From an uncultured Pelagibacteraceae bacterium (GTDB lineage Bacteria; Pseudomonadota; Alphaproteobacteria; Pelagibacterales; Pelagibacteraceae), in contig CACLSS010000002.1 in NCBI GenBank assembly GCA_902609645.1, positions 10,680-74,679 on the forward strand: a DNA stretch of 64,000 nucleotides. The letters are read 5' to 3'. The notes beneath the pieces are model-generated. The model did not search any database, had not been told where the DNA came from, and was given only the letters and a program-made list of their open reading frames with translations. The position numbers and the translations under genes were made by a program. Below are positions 58,757 through 64,000 of this stretch, one piece after another (the first letter of the stretch is position 1; each line of letters starts with the position of its first letter).

Positions 58757-59248
58757 TTAATTATTGAATTGGGAGTGGCAATCTCTAAAATACCTAGCTA
58801 TCAAAATTGCATCAGCTTTATTTACATCTTTTTTCTTTGTAAGTCTTGAAGATATGGACGGATACATTTCAATAACTTTTGTCCTACTTGCGTCTTTTGA
58901 CGAGTTAATTAATTCAAAATGTTTTTTCCATTTTGCTGGTCTAACATAGAAAATTGGAAGCCTCAAAGCTGCACAAATACCTTTTATAGATCCAAAGGTC
59001 TGACCAAAATTAAACATACTGGTGACTCCTTGCCCTGGCATAGCACTTACTTGTTCAACTATTACAAAAGTGTTTTCCTTTCTCAAGACATGTTTGTTTA
59101 TAATGTTTACTAACTGAGCACTATTTAATTGATTTTTATTTTTTTTACCTTCTGACATGATTGGCATATCAAAAATATCATAAATTTTGAGGTCATCTAA
59201 AATTGCAATTCCACCACTTAATCCAGGATCTATTCCAATAATTCTCAT
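58757..59248 (-). CDS. ruvC: RuvC-fold Holliday junction resolvase, divergent (phage-like flavour)
   Basis: The 163-aa ORF places acidic residues in RuvC order: IGIDPG, VIVEQV and NKADAILIA. The intervening segments (SAMPGQGVTSMFNFGQ, RPAKWKK) differ from canonical bacterial RuvC. Confidence 0.55.
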   Translation of the reverse strand: MRIIGIDPGLSGGIAILDDLKIYDIFDMPIMSEGKKNKNQLNSAQLVNIINKHVLRKENTFVIVEQVSAMPGQGVTSMFNFGQTFGSIKGICAALRLPIFYVRPAKWKKHFELINSSKDASRTKVIEMYPSISSRLTKKKDVNKADAILIARYFRDCHSQFNN

Positions 59249-59260
59249 TATTTATACAAG

Positions 59261-59980
59261 TTATGCAGGTTTACAATTATGAAAAACTTTTTGAATATCG
59301 TCGTTCTCATGTAATTGCTCAAGCATATTATCAAAGTCTGTTGATTCTTCTTTAGGTATATCAATAAAGTTGTTTGGTCTCCACTCTATTCCAGAATAGA
59401 TTAAATTTTTGACAGATTTTATTATTGTATTTTTTACCTTATAGAAATCGTCTTTTTTTGTAATTATCTCATGATAATTCTCAAAGGTCACACAATCATT
59501 TGATCCAGCATTGACAGCAAGTTCTAGAGCTTCTTCATCTGAAATATTTTGTTTTGCAAATTGAATAACGCCACAATTATTAAAATAGTGTGTAGTCGAT
59601 CCTGAATTTCCAAGGTTTCCACCATGTTTTTGTAAAATTGTTCTTATGCTACCAGCAGTTCTGTTTTTATTTTCAGTTAGAGTTTCAATGATTAAAGCAA
59701 TATTTTTTGGACCAAATCCCTCGTATCTTAAACTTTCGTAATTTTTTTCCTTATCAATTTCTGATTTATTTATTGCTCTATTAATATTATCCTTTGGCAT
59801 GTTGGCTTCTTTTGCTAATTCAATGGCTGTTCTTAATCTTGGATTTGATTGAGGATCTTTTGAACCAAGTTTAGCGGCAACGGTAATTTCTCTAGAAATT
59901 TTGGAAAATATCTTTGATCTTAGCTTATCTTGTCTTCCTTTTTTATGTTTTATCCCTGCCCAATGTGAGTGACCTGCCAT
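59261..59980 (-). CDS. yebC: YebC/PmpR family DNA-binding transcriptional regulator
   Basis: The canonical N-terminus MAGHSHWAGIKHKKG begins at the internal Met (ATG ending at 59980). The ORF-track start at 60010 would add 10 residues and overlap the upstream gene. Confidence 0.85.
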   Translation of the reverse strand: MAGHSHWAGIKHKKGRQDKLRSKIFSKISREITVAAKLGSKDPQSNPRLRTAIELAKEANMPKDNINRAINKSEIDKEKNYESLRYEGFGPKNIALIIETLTENKNRTAGSIRTILQKHGGNLGNSGSTTHYFNNCGVIQFAKQNISDEEALELAVNAGSNDCVTFENYHEIITKKDDFYKVKNTIIKSVKNLIYSGIEWRPNNFIDIPKEESTDFDNMLEQLHENDDIQKVFHNCKPA

Positions 59981-59984
59981 ACTT

Positions 59985-60794
59985 TTAAAATCTTTCTTGT
60001 AAGGCCCCACCTATGATAATTTGTTGAATTTTTAAAGCCAAACCAGTTTTTTCATCAGCTGTAACAAGAACTCCAGAGATAGTTGCTTTCCCTAGAGCTG
60101 GAAAATGTTTTTTTGTTGAGCTTTCTTTTAAAAATTTATTTAGTGAGTTGTCTCTATTCATTCCAATAACAGAGTTATAATCTCCACACATTCCTATATC
60201 AGTTTGATATGCTGTTCCTTTTTCCATAATTCTGTGATCTGAAGTTGGAACATGAGTATGCGTTCCTATCAAAACAGTAGCTTTGCCATCAAACAAGTAT
60301 GCCATAGCCATTTTTTCACTAGTAGTTTCACCATGGACATCTATTATTATAAAATCAGTATTCTCCTTAAGTTTTATTTTTTTAATAAACTGTTTTGCAG
60401 TCACAAAAACATCTTCACTTTTTTTCATAAAAACATTTGCCATTAAATTTAAAACAGCAACTTTTTTATTATTCCTGGATTGAAAAATACCATAACCATC
60501 TCCAGGAACTGGCTTTAATGAATTTTCAGGTCTAAGTAATCTTTTTTCATTTTTGATAAATTCTGTTGTTTCTTTTTGATCCCAGATATGATTTCCAGAT
60601 GTGACAACATCTGCTCCTGCGGTAAGAATATCATCTAAATTTTTTTTGCTTATACCCACACCATCGTCAGCAGCATTCTCACCATTTACGATAACAAAAT
60701 CTACCTCTTTATCTTTTATTAATTCTGGTAACCTTTCTTTTATAGCTTTCATTCCAGAAGGACCCATTATATCACCTAGTACAAGTATTTTCAT
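59985..60794 (-). CDS. YmdB-like metallophosphoesterase (TIGR00282-type 2',3'-cyclic-nucleotide phosphodiesterase)
   Basis: The 269-aa ORF has MKILVLGDIMG, VNGENAA, SGNHIWD and GTHTHVPT motifs. Confidence 0.75.
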   Translation of the reverse strand: MKILVLGDIMGPSGMKAIKERLPELIKDKEVDFVIVNGENAADDGVGISKKNLDDILTAGADVVTSGNHIWDQKETTEFIKNEKRLLRPENSLKPVPGDGYGIFQSRNNKKVAVLNLMANVFMKKSEDVFVTAKQFIKKIKLKENTDFIIIDVHGETTSEKMAMAYLFDGKATVLIGTHTHVPTSDHRIMEKGTAYQTDIGMCGDYNSVIGMNRDNSLNKFLKESSTKKHFPALGKATISGVLVTADEKTGLALKIQQIIIGGALQERF

Positions 60795-60799
60795 GAAAA

Positions 60800-61333
60800 T
60801 TAAAAAATTCCCTCATCGGTTAAAATATAATTTAGTTTAACATCGTAATTTGAATTTTTAATTTTATTATATTTTTGAAAAGAAAAAGCAATTCCAATAG
60901 TAATAGTTTTTTTATTTTTTTTTAAAAATTTATCGTAATAACCCTTGCCATATCCTAGTCTATTTTTCGATTTATCAAATGCAAGTAATGGCGCGACTAT
61001 CAAATCGGGCTTTGTGGTTTTAGATATTTGAATAGGCTCTAAAAAACCAAAGCTATTTACTTTTAAAGGCTCTTGTAAATTCCATTTTACGAATTTCATA
61101 GATCCATTTGAAATACAAGGCAGAAGTATTGAAATTCTTTTATTGCCATTTAATAATTTAAATAGTTTCAAAGTACTTAATTCATAATTAGATGGATAAT
61201 AGCAAGCAATATTTCTTAAATTATTTGTTCTTATCATCTTTATTATTGGTGAAAAGAAATTCTCTTTTACTTCAAAATATTTCTTTTTCCTTATCAAAGA
61301 AAATTTCTTCCTAAGTATTTCTTTAGAAAGCAT
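60800..61333 (-). CDS. ygfA: 5-formyltetrahydrofolate cyclo-ligase
   Basis: The 177-aa ORF has the C-terminal motif RLGYGKGYYDKFL. It sits in the conserved position downstream of zapA. Confidence 0.8.
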   Translation of the reverse strand: MLSKEILRKKFSLIRKKKYFEVKENFFSPIIKMIRTNNLRNIACYYPSNYELSTLKLFKLLNGNKRISILLPCISNGSMKFVKWNLQEPLKVNSFGFLEPIQISKTTKPDLIVAPLLAFDKSKNRLGYGKGYYDKFLKKNKKTITIGIAFSFQKYNKIKNSNYDVKLNYILTDEGIF

Positions 61334-61780
61334 TTACTGTACTTTTGAACTATTTTCGGAATTTTTTATAATTTCCTCAAGAGATTGGGTAGTTTTTTCG
61401 AGCATTTTTTCATAAATCCCCTGACTTTCTACTACCATTTTCTTAAATTTATCTAATTCAGAATTTAAATTTAATATTTCTTTGTCTTTTCCACCTTTAT
61501 AATCTATCGCAAGAGATCTCATCTCTTTGAATTTTTTTGATAAGTTTTCAAAATTTTCTTTTTGTGACTGAACTCTTTGTTTTAAATCAAAGTATTCATC
61601 TATAACTTGAATAGATGTAATTAAAAGCAATTTATTCTCACCTATGTTTCCTAGTTTATCTTTTAAACTTGAATACTTCTTGTCTAGAAATTTGGTCAAA
61701 GTTTTAAGGTCCTCTTCTTGACCATCGTCACATGATAATAAATAATCTTTATTATTAAATTTAATATTTACGTTTGCCAC
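61334..61780 (-). CDS. zapA: Cell division protein ZapA (with extended C-terminal coiled coil)
   Basis: The 148-aa ORF has the N-terminal ZapA fold (VNIKFNNKDYLLSCDDGQEEDL...LLLITSIQVIDEY). Confidence 0.75.
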   Translation of the reverse strand: MANVNIKFNNKDYLLSCDDGQEEDLKTLTKFLDKKYSSLKDKLGNIGENKLLLITSIQVIDEYFDLKQRVQSQKENFENLSKKFKEMRSLAIDYKGGKDKEILNLNSELDKFKKMVVESQGIYEKMLEKTTQSLEEIIKNSENSSKVQ

Positions 61781-62094
61781 TTATCAATTTCCTCTACTAA
61801 AGACTCTGTCTCTCTACCTAACTCATCAATATCTTGATTAAATTGGTCTTGAATTTTTTGATTTTTGCTATTTTCTTTTTGCATTTCTTCTAATTTTTTT
61901 TTAAGGGTATCATACTCAGATAAAAGTTGATTATATTTTCTCTCTATTTGATCTTTTTCGCTTTGTAATTGATTCTTTTCCACACTGAGACTATTTATGT
62001 CACTGTCCCCAGTAGAAAAAGAAGTGCTCAAGTTCTTTAATTTTTCTAAAGCAGTTTCTAATCTTTGTTCTTTACTATACAAATTTTCCATCAA
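61768..62094 (-). CDS. Coiled-coil protein upstream of zapA (ZauP/DUF4164-like)
   Basis: The 108-aa ORF is entirely a heptad-rich coiled coil. It overlaps zapA by 13 nt. Its position matches the alphaproteobacterial ZapA-upstream protein. Confidence 0.5.
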   Translation of the reverse strand: MMENLYSKEQRLETALEKLKNLSTSFSTGDSDINSLSVEKNQLQSEKDQIERKYNQLLSEYDTLKKKLEEMQKENSKNQKIQDQFNQDIDELGRETESLVEEIDKWQT

Positions 62095-62157
62095 ATAATT
62101 TTTATTTATATCATATTATTGATATCATTAATTGGAGTCTATATACGTATTCAATAA

Positions 62158-64000
62158 GTGGATCCAAAATTAAAAGAATTATCAAACGCTATACGGTTTT
62201 TGTCAATTGACGCTGTTCAAAAAGCCAATTCTGGGCACCCTGGAATGCCTATGGGCATGGCGGACGTTGCAACAATTCTATTTAAATACTACCTGCGGTT
62301 TAACCCAAAAAATCCTAGCTGGATAAACAGAGATAGATTTATTTTGTCAGCAGGTCATGGCTCAATGCTTTTATATTCCCTTCTATACTTGACTGGTTAT
62401 AAAAAGATTCAATTAGAAGATATAAAAAATTTTAGACAAATAAATTCAATATGCGCTGGTCACCCTGAATATGAGTTTGATTCTGGTATCGAAACTACAA
62501 CTGGTCCATTAGGTCAAGGTTTAGGTAACTCAGTTGGAATGGCTATCGCTCAAGAAATCCTTCAAAAAAGACTTGGTTCAAAAATTATAAATAATAAAAC
62601 TTATGTAATCGCTAGTGATGGAGATCTTATGGAAGGAATTAGTCATGAAGCGATGAGTTTAGCTGGACATTTGAATTTAAAAAATTTAATCGTATTCTTC
62701 GACAATAACAAAATTTCTATTGATGGAGCTACTTCTCTAAGTGTTTCAGATAATTACAAAAAAAGATTTGAAGGGTACGGCTGGTCTTTTCAAGAAATTA
62801 ATGGTCATAACTACAAGCAAATAGATAAAGCTATAAAAAAAGCTAATAATTCAAAAAAACCAACAATTATATCTTGTAAAACAATTATTGGATTTGGATC
62901 TCCCAATAAGTCTGGGAAGGCATCTTCGCATGGGGCTCCATTAGGAGAAGATGAAATAAAGTTAGTTAGAAAAAAACTTGGGTGGAAATACCAACCGTTT
63001 GAGATTCCTGAAAGTATTCTTAATTCATGGAGAGAAATAGGAAATAAGGGTGAAGAATTAGAAAAAAAATGGAAAAATAATTTGGAAAAAAATCCCAAAA
63101 CAAAAAGTGATTTAGATAGAACAATCAAAGGTGAATTAAGTTTAAATTTAGATAAAATAATGGGTGACGAAAAACTGAAGTTTTTTCAAACTAAACCTAA
63201 AATGGCTACAAGACAATGTTCATCAACAGTTATAGAAACTCTCACAAACGTTTTACCAGAGTTAATTGGGGGTTCTGCAGATCTTAGTGGATCAAACAAT
63301 ACCAAAACTGAAAAATCAAAAATAATAAATGCAAAAAGTTTTGCAGGAAATTACATCCATTATGGTGTGAGAGAACATGCGATGGGTGCGGCTATGAATG
63401 GTTTGGCCCTTTACGGAGGGTTAATACCATTTGGAGGAACTTTTTTAATTTTTTCTGACTACTTGAAACCCTCTTTGAGGTTATCTGCAATTATGAATTT
63501 GCGAGTTATTTATATTTTTTCACATGACTCTATAGGTTTAGGTGAAGATGGACCAACTCATCAACCGATAGAACAATTGGAAAGTTTACGATCTATTCCA
63601 AATCTAAATGTTTTTAGACCAGCAGATATAAACGAAACAATTGAGTGTTGGGAAATTGCATTGAGAAGTAAAAATAATCCTAGCGCAATAGCCTTATCAA
63701 GACAAAAATTACCTTACATAAGTGAACATAAATCCGGAGAAAACATGTGTGCTAAAGGTGCTTATGTCTTAAAAGACACGAATGATACTGAGGTGACTTT
63801 AATAGCATCCGGCTCAGAAGTTGAAATTGCGTTGGAGGCTCACGAGAAACTCAAAAAAATAAATATAAACTCAAAAGTAATATCTGTGCCTTGTTTTGAC
63901 ATTTTTGAAAAACAAAATGAGGACTATAAAAAAGAAATCTTAGGCGAAAATACTTTTAAGGTTTCAATAGAGGCATCAAGTCAATCGGGTTGGAAAAATA
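62158..64000 (+). CDS. tkt: Transketolase; about 614 codons are present and the gene continues past the window end
   Basis: This gene is absent from the ORF track because there is no stop within the window. A GTG start at 62158 is immediately preceded by an in-frame TAA. My own translation gives VDPKLKELSNAIRFLSIDAVQKANSGHPGMPMGMAD..., followed by the TPP motif region GDLMEGISHEA. Confidence 0.9.
   Translation, partial: MDPKLKELSNAIRFLSIDAVQKANSGHPGMPMGMADVATILFKYYLRFNPKNPSWINRDRFILSAGHGSMLLYSLLYLTGYKKIQLEDIKNFRQINSICAGHPEYEFDSGIETTTGPLGQGLGNSVGMAIAQEILQKRLGSKIINNKTYVIASDGDLMEGISHEAMSLAGHLNLKNLIVFFDNNKISIDGATSLSVSDNYKKRFEGYGWSFQEINGHNYKQIDKAIKKANNSKKPTIISCKTIIGFGSPNKSGKASSHGAPLGEDEIKLVRKKLGWKYQPFEIPESILNSWREIGNKGEELEKKWKNNLEKNPKTKSDLDRTIKGELSLNLDKIMGDEKLKFFQTKPKMATRQCSSTVIETLTNVLPELIGGSADLSGSNNTKTEKSKIINAKSFAGNYIHYGVREHAMGAAMNGLALYGGLIPFGGTFLIFSDYLKPSLRLSAIMNLRVIYIFSHDSIGLGEDGPTHQPIEQLESLRSIPNLNVFRPADINETIECWEIALRSKNNPSAIALSRQKLPYISEHKSGENMCAKGAYVLKDTNDTEVTLIASGSEVEIALEAHEKLKKININSKVISVPCFDIFEKQNEDYKKEILGENTFKVSIEASSQSGWKN

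Noticed and set aside
59981-60010. A 10-codon N-terminal extension of yebC overlapping the ymdB-like gene, and the GTG start at 20907 for fhs.
   Set aside because: The canonical family N-termini (MAGHSHW... for YebC and [11 protein letters not shown] for FTHFS) begin at the downstream ATGs. The upstream starts are probably ORF-caller maxima.
62811-63128. A 105-aa minus-strand ORF listed in the ORF track.
   Set aside because: It lies wholly inside the transketolase CDS. That CDS is missing from the track only because it lacks a stop in the window. The antisense product is low-complexity.
1-64000. A search by eye for CRISPR arrays, IS elements or transposases, prophage genes, toxin-antitoxin pairs, restriction-modification and known defence systems, and rRNA or riboswitch-sized leaders.
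   Set aside because: None was found. No spaced repeat arrays and no recognisable transposase, integrase, nuclease-helicase or defence motifs appear. The longest non-coding stretches (14206-14412, 16999-17110 and the tRNA flanks) are too short or too unstructured for a confident riboswitch call without covariance-model searches.

Overview
The window is AT-rich (about 30% G+C by eye) and extremely gene-dense. It looks like core chromosome of a streamlined marine alphaproteobacterium of the SAR11/Pelagibacterales type. That assignment is an inference from composition, near-zero intergenic spacers, a proteorhodopsin gene, and alphaproteobacterial synteny (ruvC-tolQRAB-pal-cpoB-tilS-ftsH-folP-glmM, and zauP-zapA-ygfA divergent from tkt). 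I can support about 66 protein genes and 2 tRNAs (Leu-GAG, Arg-UCG). I also see 3 clear intrinsic terminators, placed after recA, proteorhodopsin and pal. I saw no rRNA, CRISPR array, transposase, integrase, phage structural genes or recognisable defence system. Most of the content is housekeeping: icd, alaS, recA, glyQS, ppdK, dxs/ispA/ispB, aroC, pdxH, purA, thiD, glmM, folP, ftsH, tol-pal, nadAC, fhs, pyrC, rpoH, dksA and tkt. I found no unambiguous novel system. The best candidates for uncharacterised biology are six. (1) A divergent periplasmic copper-protein module at 16.3-17.9 kb: a CopI-like cupredoxin and a pseudoazurin flanking three tiny ORFs, with an exact 11-bp direct repeat in the shared control region. 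(2) An operon of two unrecognisable secreted proteins, one very basic and one very acidic with a roughly 50% GC tail, abutting the 3' side of tRNA-Leu. (3) An ABC-2 exporter tightly coupled to a eukaryote-like GT17 glycosyltransferase next to tRNA-Arg. (4) A GtrB-like GT2 plus ArnT/PMT-like GT-C pair. (5) A 776-aa autotransporter. (6) A divergent RuvC-like resolvase sitting where ruvC-ruvA-ruvB-ybgC normally precede tolQ. A striking architectural feature is that 7 of 9 convergent gene junctions overlap through shared stop codons, mostly the tetranucleotide TTAA.
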